Shown: one piece after another, positions 24,901 through 36,275 of the stretch
How the letters are laid out: each line of letters opens with the position of its first letter
Numbering within the stretch: position 1 is the stretch's first letter
Source: Aplysia californica
Taxonomy: Eukaryota
Assembly: GCF_000002075.1 (NCBI RefSeq)
Contig: NW_004797449.1
Location: forward strand, 408,025-472,024
DNA length: 64,000 nucleotides
Reading direction: 5' to 3'
The notes under the pieces: generated by a model
The model's database searches: none
The model's input: the letters and a program-made list of their open reading frames with translations, nothing else
Told to the model about the DNA's origin: nothing
Made by a program: the position numbers and the translations under genes

Positions 24901-26111
24901 TTCATAGGCAACATTATGTATCAGTGCCAGACCTGGACTTTAAGCAAAACCCATGAAAGCAAAATCACCGCATGCGAAATGAAATTTCTCCGCAAAACCC
25001 TTAACATCACAAGACGAGACAGGCAGAGAAATGAAAGTAAGAGCAGCTATCGGCACTGAGTCCTGCCTGTGTATAGAAAGACAGAGGATCAGGGGCGGTT
25101 TGTTAACTGTCAGCTGGACTGTTGACAAGAGATTTATTGCAGATGACTTTCATTCAGTTTTAGTAAATCCGAACAAACATGTATCAACATTCAAAAAGCA
25201 CCTTGCCGATTTGAAGGCGCTCAAATAAAAAAAGTGGGATTCACTGCTGTTTTGTCGCGACAGAGTCTCATTCCTTCACCTTTGTTTATCGCACCGGCTC
25301 GTAACTTTAAATCGTCTCCCGTCAAGCCGTCACGTCGCGAAACTTCGTACGAGGACAAACGAACACGGCGGGTAGAGCGATGACGTCAGTCCGCTGGGCA
25401 AATCCATCGACTGCCCTAAGAGCGAATATAGCATCCCTTGATTGCCAAACTGGCCTCCGAGTTGCTTACAAAAGCAGTAATGAGACTGTCTTGAGTCTTG
25501 AGCAGCACAGACACATGAAATATTTTATCAGCAATACATGTACAGTGGAAACCTGATATAACAGGGATGGTGGGAGTAGAGAAAATGTCTGGTTACATCC
25601 GATCCCTGTTAAATCAGAAATGCAAGGAAAGTAAGCATTTATTGTGGACTAATCCACCTGTACTTATTCATGGGTAGTTTCCCTTGCCACAAGTACCCAC
25701 GAACAGGGGTTTTGGAATTAAATTTCTCCTTGCCTCCTTAAACCACATCAGAAGAGCTTGGTCCACAGCATCTGCATCGGGCAGTCTCATCTTCTTTCCA
25801 GTCTCATCTTCTTCCGATCCAGAGCAAACTTTCCATTGGAGTATACTGCCACTATCTTTGCTCTATCCTTGATAATGGTGTGAATCGACCCTTGTGGAAT
25901 GTCAAAGTAACGACAAATCTCTGCCAGTGGAGCTTGCTTTTTGTCAACAGCCTGGATTATTTCATATTTTTTGTCAATTGAAAGGCAGTTTCTCGTGCGC
26001 TTGACATCGTTGATGACACATTACACATGCATGTTGCTAGGTTTCGGGCTAGATCGAGGTCTGCAGCACACCGCAGCCCTCTCTCGCTTCACACGCTGTG
26101 TGTACTTGCAG

Positions 26112-26144
<33 letters not shown>

Positions 26145-29016
26145 NNNNNNNNNNNNNNNNNNNNNNNNNNNNNNNNNNNNNNNNNNNNNNNNNNNNNNNN
26201 NNNNNNNNNNNNNNNNNNNNNNNNNNNNNNNNNNNNNNNNNNNNNNNNNNNNNNNNNNNNNNNNNNNNNNNNNNNNNNNNNNNNNNNNNNNNNNNNNNNN
26301 NNNNNNNNNNNNNNNNNNNNNNNNNNNNNNNNNNNNNNNNNNNNNNNNNNNNNNNNNNNNNNNNNNNNNNNNNNNNNNNNNNNNNNNNNNNNNNNNNNNN
26401 NNNNNNNNNNNNNNNNNNNNNNNNNNNNNNNNNNNNNNNNNNNNNNNNNNNNNNNNNNNNNNNNNNNNNNNNNNNNNNNNNNNNNNNNNNNNNNNNNNNN
26501 NNNNNNNNNNNNNNNNNNNNNNNNNNNNNNNNNNNNNNNNNNNNNNNNNNNNNNNNNNNNNNNNNNNNNNNNNNNNNNNNNNNNNNNNNNNNNNNNNNNN
26601 NNNNNNNNNNNNNNNNNNNNNNNNNNNNNNNNNNNNNNNNNNNNNNNNNNNNNNNNNNNNNNNNNNNNNNNNNNNNNNNNNNNNNNNNNNNNNNNNNNNN
26701 NNNNNNNNNNNNNNNNNNNNNNNNNNNNNNNNNNNNNNNNNNNNNNNNNNNNNNNNNNNNNNNNNNNNNNNNNNNNNNNNNNNNNNNNNNNNNNNNNNNN
26801 NNNNNNNNNNNNNNNNNNNNNNNNNNNNNNNNNNNNNNNNNNNNNNNNNNNNNNNNNNNNNNNNNNNNNTCTCTCTCTCTCTCTCTCTCTCTCTCTCCTT
26901 CCTTCCTTTTTACACATTGTCAACAAGCCTTTGTCCCTGCTATAACCGGTTGGGCTCCGATGAGGCCCTGTTATTGCCGATAACTTTTAATATGGACAAA
27001 GAGTAGGAAAAACTGGGGATTTAAAAAATCCCTGTTATTACTGGATCCCTGTTATTACTGGGCCTGTTATATATATGGTTTCCACTGTACTTATTATTCA
27101 GCCTCCTTTCTTTAACTATCATCAGAACATTTATTGTCAGCATGGCACTAATCTTTTTTGTTTATTGAATTTTTAGCCACCTATAGTTCCTGTTTGGTGA
27201 CTATTCATCGCTTTCTCCCCACTAATAGCGTACCTGGCTCATATGAGTCTAGTGAAATATAAGGAGAATTATAATGAGGAGCGATAGGCTCTCGGCTGTC
27301 AGAGTCTGGGCCGAAAACAATGGGTCTACCCCCTTCCTTCCCTCCCCTTATCCACCGTCACCCCAGCTAGACACCAAGTTCTTATAATTAGCATTTGACA
27401 CACTTCCCCACTTTGTTACAACAGTGTTCTGAGAACTGAGAAGTGTGATGAAAAACGTTTGATTACATAATGATGGAAAACTGTTGTGTGCTATCTTTGT
27501 CCAGCTTTGTATAGTATCTGATTGTAGACTTAATCTGAATGGGACAGCGTCATTGGTACAGTATCAATTGACTTTTTGCCATCATACAGTACAGTTCTTT
27601 TTATTACATATTTACAGGTCGAGTGCACGTCGATATTGTGTGTGGGTGTGTAGAAAGTAAAAGGCTTTGGTTAAAATACCGGAGGCCATGACGAGCAGTT
27701 TATTGCGCTTCTCACTTTCAGTTTGTTTTCTAACATATAGACTCTAGTAGTGTTTCTTTTTCTATGCCGTTCAAGTCAGTTTCTATTAAATAAGACTGAG
27801 TAACTTCCATCTCATACATTAATCATATTCATATTGTTTCTTGACACTACCTTTCAGCTCTTTCACATTATAATTAAAATGTTTACAGTGGTGTGTGTGT
27901 GTGTGTGAGTGGGGGAGGGGGTGGGGATNNNNNNNNNNNNNNNNNNNNNNNNNNNNNNNNNNNNNNNNNNNNNNNNNNNNNNNNNNNNNNNNNNNNNNNN
28001 NNNNNNNNNNNNNNNNNNNNNNNNNNNNNNNNNNNNNNNNNNNNNNNNNNNNNNNNNNNNNNNNNNNNNNNNNNNNNNNNNNNNNNNNNNNNNNNNNNNN
28101 NNNNNNNNNNNNNNNNNNNNNNNNNNNNNNNNNNNNNNNNNNNNNNNNNNNNNNNNNNNNNNNNNNNNNNNNNNNNNNNNNNNNNNNNNNNNNNNNNNNN
28201 NNNNNNNNNNNNNNNNNNNNNNNNNNNNNNNNNNNNNNNNNNNNNNNNNNNNNNNGGGGGTGGGGGGAGGAAGAAAGAGTCTGTGAATGAAGGCTGGTCA
28301 AACCACAAGCCGCCACTGCAGAGGAAAATGCTTTGGTCAGCTGTTACGTAAGTCACCTGACCTGCCAGCCTCGAGAGCCTACAACACCAAGCACTCAGGC
28401 TATAATGGAAGAGGAAGGCCATGCAAAAGGTGGATCGAGGGTGTCAAAGAAACCCTTAATAAAGAAAACATAACATCACAACTGAAAGAGCTGCGGAACT
28501 GGCCTACCATAGAAAACTGCATATATTATTATATAATATCTCCCCTTGACCCTTAACGGTGAGGGAGTGTATACAGTCCCGGTAACCGGGAACAAAGTCA
28601 GAAAGTGAAAGTGTACAGACCCGATAGGGAAACTCTTTTGTGATTTCGGAAAGTTTCAGCGCCCTCTTGGCTCAGGGTAGACCACAGAATTCTACACTCA
28701 AGTTAAGTGTAGAATTCTGTGGGGTAGACCTAGGTTCTTCTAGATCTATGGCCTAGGTAGGTTTTGATCTTGACAGACAGACATAAAAATCATTGATCTA
28801 GATCTAGTTTCGAGGCTATCCTAGATCTAGATCTAGATCTAAATGAAGATTGCGAATGTCTTTTCGAAGAACGATCGTTTTTCCTCCGTTTTGGAGTTGG
28901 AGGAATAATAATTTGAAGAAAAGAACAATTTGTCATTATAATTTCAATCAAGCATTCACCCTTTATATTTCTCTGCCCCCCCTCCCTCTCCCTTCCTCGT
29001 CCTCCCTCTCTCTCTA

Positions 29017-29051
<35 letters not shown>

Positions 29052-29290
29052 ACCGGGTCTGGGCGCTGAAAGTCTCTGAAATCACAAAAGAGTTCCCCTA
29101 CCGGGTCTCTATACTTCGTGACTTTGTTCCCGGTTACCGGGTCTGTATACACTTCGTAACGGCAACAGAGGATGAAAAAGTAAAAAAGTAAAAGTAGTAA
29201 TCTAAATCTAAAGACAAAACCACATGCGAAATCTTAGAGAAACTAAACTTACTGGCGAACCAAAGTTATTGCAAAGGTGCGAGATATCAT
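18240..29290 (-). CDS. TIGAR: TIGAR-like fructose-2,6-bisphosphatase (histidine phosphatase superfamily); exons 29290-29253, 23239-23202, 21179-20986, 20321-(gap, <=20221), 18974-18240
   Basis: Spliced translation MISRTFAITLVRHGETLSNRENIMQGQLDTELSDLGYEQA...YSSDLRRASETA...DKRLRERCFGFLEGK...FTPEGGET...VTQRARSFFNDLC...VLIASHG...SPNTGVSRF...NDTSHL. It has the RHG catalytic motif, the second catalytic His (SHG) and a TIGAR-type C-terminus. There is an in-frame stop upstream of the ATG. The end of exon 4 falls in an N gap. Confidence 0.9.
20221..20321 (-). CDS. TIGAR: TIGAR exon 4 (3' end lost in gap)
   Basis: ttccag|TGT; CFGFLEGKPFREFQRVVSERNVSPSEFTPEGGET. Confidence 0.85.
20480..20790. repeat. 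Degenerate ~21-bp tandem repeat in TIGAR intron 3
   Basis: catcacctctatc(c)aa repeats. Confidence 0.7.
20986..21179 (-). CDS. TIGAR: TIGAR exon 3
   Basis: aaacag|GTCAG...GAACGG|gtcagt; contains YSSDLRRA and LRER. Confidence 0.9.
23202..23239 (-). CDS. TIGAR: TIGAR exon 2 (38 bp)
   Basis: ctccag|TGGTGAA...CAAG|gtaagt; (H)GETLSNRENIMQ(G). Confidence 0.88.
23446..23640. mobile_element. One end of a non-autonomous DNA transposon with agtac subterminal repeats
   Basis: cagagctggttgtaacggagtac followed by many agtac/gtact motifs; matching end not found. Confidence 0.5.
24780..25090 (+). mobile_element. RTE-clade LINE reverse transcriptase C-terminal fragment
   Basis: WTLSKTHESKITACEMKFLRKTLNITRRDRQRNE. 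Confidence 0.7.
25543..27087 (-). mobile_element. Tigger/pogo (Tc1-mariner) internally deleted transposon
   Basis: TA|cagtggaaacc...ggtttccactg|TA. The - strand at ~25720-26015 encodes CENP-B-type HTH remnants (KRTRNCLSIDKKYEIIQAVDK..LAEICRYFDIPQGSIHTIIKDRE; VDQALLMWFKEAR). Contains a gap. Confidence 0.85.
28350..28560 (+). mobile_element. RTE-clade LINE 3' fragment
   Basis: SRAYNTKHSGYNGRGRPCKRWIEGVKETL. Confidence 0.65.
28564..29155. mobile_element. MITE/foldback with ~100-bp imperfect TIRs
   Basis: agtgtatacag.cccggtaaccgggaacaaagtca...aactcttttgtgatttc..ttcagcgccc mirrored at 29060-29155; internal palindrome at 28682-28722. Confidence 0.8.
29253..29290 (-). CDS. TIGAR: TIGAR exon 1 (coding part)
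   Basis: ATG...GTTCGCCA|gtaagt; MISRTFAITLVR(H). Confidence 0.85.
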
Positions 29291-29788
29291 CGTCACTTCA
29301 CTGTCTTCACCAGACTGTGGTGAGCCTGCTGGGGCTGGTGTGTTGGAAACGAAACTTGCACCTTTAACTCCGTCACGTCTACAGCTTAAACGTTCTCAAC
29401 TGCTGTTACTGCGTCCAAAACTAGATTAATAGTTATGAACTTAAACCTGGATAGTGCAAATTAACGACCGACCATGGCGACAGATCACCGAGCCACAGAT
29501 TACTGTGTAGTCCACCCACAGTCGTGCAGTCAAGGTGCAAAAGCCGAAAGAAAATGCGAAATCGAAATTTAAGACGAAACATTTTATTACCTCTTTTAGC
29601 TAAAGAGGATCAACATATTGCCCGAAAATACGTTTCGCTGTTTTAATGTTTTGAAGATGTTTATGCTGAAGTGTGTTGTGATATTATAGTCTTCTTTCGC
29701 TCTGGGAACTTTTTAGACTTCACACTATTTCTTTAGCCTGCTTGTAATAATAATGGCAATAATTTGTAGTTCTTAATCCCCTGAAAAA

Positions 29789-29975
29789 GGGTGAAGTGGC
29801 GGTGCGGTTAGTGCGCTCGTCTCCGAAGCGGAAAATCCGGGTTCGAGCCTCGGTTCGGAAACGGATTTTTTCACCCCCTCTTGCACGTCAAGCAGTAATG
29901 GGTACCTGACTTCGAGTTGGGGAACTGGCCACCCTACCACAATAATGCCGAAGGCCCAGGAAGTTGTCTCACTAA
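29789..29975 (+). mobile_element. tRNA-derived SINE upstream of TIGAR
   Basis: A box gtggcggtgcgg, B box ggttcgagcc, followed by an aatgggtacctgac SINE core rather than a tRNA acceptor stem. Confidence 0.7.
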
Positions 29976-31799
29976 TTTAACAAGGCAATCCACAATATCC
30001 GGATCGGATGCGGGAACAACTTTACTTTAATAATCAAAAAGACCCTAAGTAGGCGCTGTATGTTCAATGCAAAACCAGCCATCAAATTAACTAACGAATC
30101 AAAGAACAGAAAATACACATTTTGAGGCCATTTTACAAGAACAATAACAACAGCACCAATACCCAGCAACACACNNNNNNNNNNNNNNNNNNNNNNNNNN
30201 NNNNNNNNNNNNNNNNNNNNNNNNNNNNNNNNNNNNNNNNNNNNNNNNNNNNNNNNNNNNNNNNNNNNNNNNNNNNNNNNNNNNNNNNNNNNNNNNNNNN
30301 NNNNNNNNNNNNNNNNNNNNNNNNNNNNNNNNNNNNNNNNNNNNNNNNNNNNNNNNNNNTCTCCCACAACTACCGTTCTACCGATAGGCCATAGTAGTAG
30401 CTTAGGCATGCCCGTTTGCGGCTCTGGAAGAAAATTATTATGTGAGAGGGATACAACATGTGTGTGCGAGCGCGCGCGCGCGTGTGTNNNNNNNNNNNNN
30501 NNNNNNNNNNNNNNNNNNNNNNNNNNNNNNNNNNNNNNNNNNNNNNNNNNNNNNNNNNNNNNNNNNNNNNNNNNNNNNNNNNNNNNNNNNNNNNNNNNNN
30601 NNNNNNNNNNNNNNNNNNNNNNNNNNNNNNNNNNAAAACAATCACAGCGGCACAAGAACACATTTTTAGTGCAGGGAAAATAGTGAGATGGAGAAACGGA
30701 GACAGCAGAGAAGGATGTGGTGATAAGAAGACGCATAGTTATTCCCAGTAATGCATTTCTACTACACCCACTTACGTGAATCATGGGTAAATTTTATATA
30801 CTACTACTAGCCGGGCAGAACGTTACACCCCCCCCCCCCCCCCCCCCCAATCCTCTTAATTTGGATCATTTAGGAGGCGGGCTTCCGATCCTGCCTGTCA
30901 GGGCCAACTCGAGCTGAGAGGGATACAATATTATTATGCCAGCAGAAAGACATAGATACTCGATGACAATTTTCTCCCCATTGGAGAATCAAACTCGGGT
31001 CTCCATCGTGCGACAACAAAGCTCCAAACCGCTATACCAGAGTTGTCTGTTCGAGCTGTTCAGTCTTCCTTTGCTTTGTAGCCTGCAACAACAGCAGAAG
31101 CAGTCTTCACAGAAGACTAGCAAAACAGCCTACGATTCGTTTTTGTTTTAGAAAGAGTTTTACGGCACTAACAACACAATAAAGACTTAAGAATAGGTGC
31201 CGAAGATTAGAGGTATTGTTTGTTTAGAAAGGGTTCTACGACGCTCGCAACTGCACAAGGTCATATGAGCGCGCTGATTAAAGGTGTCACACGAGAGTAA
31301 CAAACATAAAAAAAGAAGTTCGGGAGATAAGGACGATACATGATAGAAAAGAAGGAGCAAACCACATTAGAGCACCCGCCAACCACCCACGCCTACGACG
31401 ATTCCATCCCTTCACTTCTGTTAATGACTGGTACTTTAAGTAGCATTGAATACACCATAAAGTGAAGGAGATTAGAGATGCTGTTAAAGGGTAACAAACG
31501 CAGAAAAGGAGGAGGAGAGATAAGGATGACAGACGTTTCACACGGAAGAATTAGCAAACCACACCAGAGCACCCGCCAACCAACCGCTTGTTACTTTTAC
31601 TTTTAGCTTTTGTCGGTCAACGGCAGTAAGATAACGTGGCTAGTGGTAAAATAAAGCAATGCCTTTATTTTCAGTGATGACTTAAATGTGCTCCGTTCGC
31701 TCAGTCGATATCACACTAGACTTGGGAGTGGATGGCCCTGATTCGAATCCCAAACTGGGTGTTTATAACCTCGAATCGTTTTGTGGAGTTTTCAAGGCT

Positions 31800-31970
31800 G
31801 TTTTATTTGTTTTAGTGTTTTACGGCACTCGCTACACAATACGGTCATTAAGTGCCGAATTTTAGAGGTGTTACAAGAGAGTAACAAACACAAAAAGGAG
31901 GGGAGATAAAGGCGATGGATGGTTGATAAAGAAGAAGCACACCACACCAGAGCACCCGCAAACCACCCAC
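31800..31970 (-). mobile_element. Reference copy of the abundant ~170-bp non-tRNA short retroposon
   Basis: Reads gtgggtggtt..cgggtgctctggtgtgg...cggcacttaatgaccgtattgtgtagcgagtgccgtaaaacactaaaac on -; 12-bp TSD gttttcaaggct (31788-31799, 31971-31982). Confidence 0.88.
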
Positions 31971-33109
31971 GTTTTCAAGGCTCTCAACCCATTTTACTCG
32001 GTCATGAGGCGAGCGTTAAAATCGGAGGTCCCGCCTCTGAAATAAGCTGATGTCCTATGGATTGCCTTGATATTGAAGGAAGAATTACTCATTTATTTTG
32101 AATGGAAGTTGAATTATTGTGCATTTAACGGAGGCAGAGGTCGCCTGGTAGCAGAGGTAAAATTGGTGAGAAGATGTCCGTAAAAGTTTGGCCACTTCCA
32201 AAGCTTGAGGGACCTTGAAAACTGCAAATCCATGTCTCTTTTTTTTAAATGCCTTTGACCAACCTTTTTCCAGGAAAAAACACACGAAAATGTGTTTTTA
32301 AATGGATGTAAAAGGTGTCGAGCTAAAAAAAGAAAAACGAATAGAAAAATTCCATTTTCTTCTATTTCATTATTCGGACGAGCACCTGATTTCATAACGA
32401 TGCCTCACACTTCAAATCACTCATGATGGGAGTCTCTCACTTGGCCAGCAAGAGCCAGCACCATCAATGTGTGCCCTCCCCCCATGTGTTTTAAAAAATA
32501 TTTTAATGTAAAGTATAAGTAGTATGAGGTAAGCGTTTTTGTTTTTTTTTGTTTTTTTTCTTCGGCACTGCACTTGCATCCCAAAGAGATCAAGTTTAGT
32601 TTTAGTAAACGGTACTTGCAATACAATAAGGTCAAATAATAGCCAAATGTTACAGGTTTTATAAGGGAGTAACAAACATAAAAAAGGAGGAGAGATCAGA
32701 TGATCAACAGATTCTGATGTTTGATAGGAAATAAGGAGCAAACCACACCAGAGCACCTGCCAACCACCTACAGATAATTACATAAGTGATGAAGATTAGA
32801 GTGAGAGGTGTTATTACATGTACTAGAGAGTGACATACATGATAGAAAGCAAGGAGGAGAGAAAAGTAAAGGACAATAGATGTCTGAAAGGAAAAATAGG
32901 AGCAACCCACACCGGCAGAGCCCCCCCGGCAACCACACCACCCCACATCTCCGATATATGGGTCCAGACAAGGAAGAAATATCTACAAAGAAAACAACAC
33001 AGTGAACAAAAGATGCACTCTTGAATCAGCAGTACAAGTTTAATATGAGTAGTCATGATATATCTACATTGTATGGCATGGCTAATACACATGAGTTAAA
33101 TGAATTTAA

Positions 33110-36100
33110 AAAAAAAAAAAAAAAGCTTTAATTAAGAAATTCAAGTAGTCTAAGAAGAAGGCGTTTTGTTCAGGAGGGCTCTCCACTCACAGTCACATTG
33201 GAGAGAGAGCTGGAGCCAGAAAGGTTCTATGTACATGCTGCTATGGGATTTGGGGAGGGGGGAGGGGGGTCTGTCTGTCTCAGAGTAGAGGGGCGGGGGG
33301 TGGGGGGAGGTGGAAAGGGGTTGGGGGATGAGGGGGAGGCATAATCATCAGAATATCATAGAAAATAGACTATAAAAGTGTGGCTATAATACATTTTTGC
33401 ATAAAATATAAATATGATATCTGTGTATTGAGCACCCCAACTAGCAGCTCTACCACGAGCATCAAGCAAAGTCAACACCACAAGCCTGGAGAGATGAGGA
33501 AACCTCTAGGGCTACCAACCTCCAGCTTGTTTTGTTTTGCTTTATTTTTTGTTCTTTTTTGTTCTAAAAATGAAAATGAAGGGGATGAATGCAGAAACCT
33601 ATCTAGCAGTTCTTGTACTACTATATTGACAAACACATGCCAGGGTCAGAGGTCAGCTTGACCCACCACTGACCTGCAGTCAGTTCAACATGCACAGAAA
33701 GTATCACAAACGTCAATCCCAGAGACAAACGTTGGCCACATCTTTCTCGGGAGAAACAAAGAAAGAAAACACGGTATATCCTTGGCCAGCACTTCAAATG
33801 TTCTAAGCCCGAAAAGTAAAAACTATCAGGAGAGAAGGAAAAACGTACATTTCATTTCTGTTAATACTCATACCTACTTTATGTTATAATCTTTTCTTGA
33901 AGATTTAACAAAGTATTTCTCAAGGACAACCCATACCACAGACTAAGAAACTGCAATGGAACAAATGTTTCAAAAATTTTGGGCTTAGTACATTTGAACA
34001 GCCGGCTGAGGATACATAACTCTGAACATTTATAAACCTACCCATGCCCATCATGAATCCCAGAGATAACAGATAGACACCCTTCCCTTTCTCACCATTT
34101 GCTTCTCAAAGACCACATACAGATCTCTACAATATATATAAGTGTACTTTAAACAAAGCGCTTAGCTCTGGGATATTCCAAAATTTTCTGTCTGTACAAA
34201 TATTCGATTTCACACACTACAAGACATTTTCTCAATCAACACCATGCAGAAACAACAGCAAGGAAAGATTTGCATAGCACGCATTCATACAACAGTCACA
34301 CATACACACGCATGTGTACATACATATGCATTTGTACACACACATGCATGTGTGCACACACACAGACAACAAACAAGCATGCACAGACACGGTTGCATAG
34401 AGCACATGGAGCTACTGGGTGTTATATCTTGGTGTAGCTACAAAGGACAAGGAAGTTCACAATGTCATAAAATTAAAAAAACCAAGAGGCGAGGGAACGA
34501 AATATGTACACTGTGACACAATAGATAACTTATCATTTTGTTACTCTCATAATAGTTGTATGTAGAACTCTTCTGTAGTACAAGAATAGACAATTTGTGT
34601 AGGAATGATCATAGTTGATGCATAAGAACAGTTGACAAAAAAACAAGAACAAGCATGGGGCCATGCGATTCGGGGGGAGTGGGGGTGTGTGAAGAGGAAG
34701 CTGCCAGATATTCAACAAGGCAAATTTCCTCTCAGCCTTTAGTACCGTCCGTTACATACAGACACCCGAGGCAGCCTTTGTTTTCTCTAAATGTCAGTGT
34801 TTTTACAATCTATATCGTTAAGGAGACGGGCTTCCGACCCTGCTTGACAGGGTTAACCCTCGCTTAGAGGGATACAACATTCAAACAGAAAGACCAAGAC
34901 ACTCAACCAAAAATTACCCCCCGATTGGGAAAGGAACTCTGCTCTCCTGCATGGTAACAGTAAAGAGCTCAAGCGCTACACCCAGGCATCCATCTAAGGC
35001 AGCCTGCATAAGAGACTCAAAGGACACAACTCCCCTCCCCCCTACCAATACGGATTGGCTATCGGCGAAATCCGAACTGTCAAAACCCTGTGCGAGTTGA
35101 TTCAAGAGGCTTGAACTCTGAACTCATTGTAAATCTAACACAGGACCAAGCCAGGCAGACAGAGAGTTGTGAAAACTCTCCCTGGCTCAAACCTGCCGTA
35201 CAAGGAAGAAGGTCTGGAGAGTTAAAAATGTCAATCACGTGGGAAGTGTTAACGAGACACCTGTGGGTGGACTCATTCCAAATTGGCAAATACAGCACAA
35301 CCTATAAGAGCCCATACAACTCGCGAGGGCGTACACGAGCAGCAAGAACTTCATCACCAGACAAAAGTGGCCAAATTATAGTAAAGGTTACTTCTTGGTA
35401 TATTCGATACATACACACTTCTGTCCCTCCCCCCAAACAAAAGCATGTCGCTGATGGAGGAGGGAAGAGGAAGCTAGCCTGGGGACATCACAACCTTACA
35501 GGTCACAACCAAAGCAGGGCTCAGGCTTGGGCAGCCAGCCTCCTTAATTTTACATACTGACTACAACACCCAAAAAAATATTTTTCTTTTATGAGGTCCA
35601 AACATTTCCTCAGGTGTTGATTCAACCGTCTATTTCATAAGCTGCGACGTTGACACTTGAAGACTTGACTACCAGAGGTGTCAAACTTTCCTTACCATTA
35701 CCAGGTTTATTACGTTGGTTATTGCTTATATACATATATGCATCCTGTTCTTAACAACAACACAAAGGTGCCATTTCAGGAGGCTTGACAACTTGGTCAA
35801 AACCCAATCAGGGATATCCCATGCTATAACACCAGATTATGTAACAACATAAGTGGGACTGGTTTTGGTGAAGTATATGTGATTGGGCTCTCAAATTTCC
35901 TCCCCCCGACTGTCCAATCTGGGACCATCGCGGGAAATTCAGGACAGTCGGCAAGTCTGGTTTTCTCTTCAACAACGGCCACATCCAGCTAGCTACAACA
36001 TCAAGGAACCATCTCCTGAGGCAGTCACCCAGCCCTCTAGCTCCTGCACACACAACACCGAAGGGTTTACAGTAACCTTGTAGTCACAACCCTAAAGTGA

Positions 36101-36275
36101 ACAGAGCGAATACCTAAATGTTCCACACAGACTTTCCCTCCAATGTCGTTATTTTCTCACTTTCCCTTCAACATCATTAGTTTCCCACTTCCCCTTTGAT
36201 GTCATTTTTTTCTCACTGTCCCTTCAATGTGATTGGTTTTCTAACGGTCCATTCACTGTCTGTCCAATAGTTGTC
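33110..36275 (-). other. Putative long (~3.1 kb) afadin 3' UTR with candidate ATTAAA poly(A) signal at 33132-33127
   Basis: Repeat-poor stretch downstream of the stop, ending at ATTAAA followed by a T-rich tract on the - strand; no transcript evidence. Confidence 0.4.

Noticed and set aside
33250-33340. G-quadruplex-like G runs
   Set aside because: Poly-G/C tracts are ubiquitous in this window; nothing specific supports function.
35090-35560. 156-aa + strand ORF
   Set aside because: Non-ATG start, no homology cues, antisense to the presumed afadin 3' UTR.
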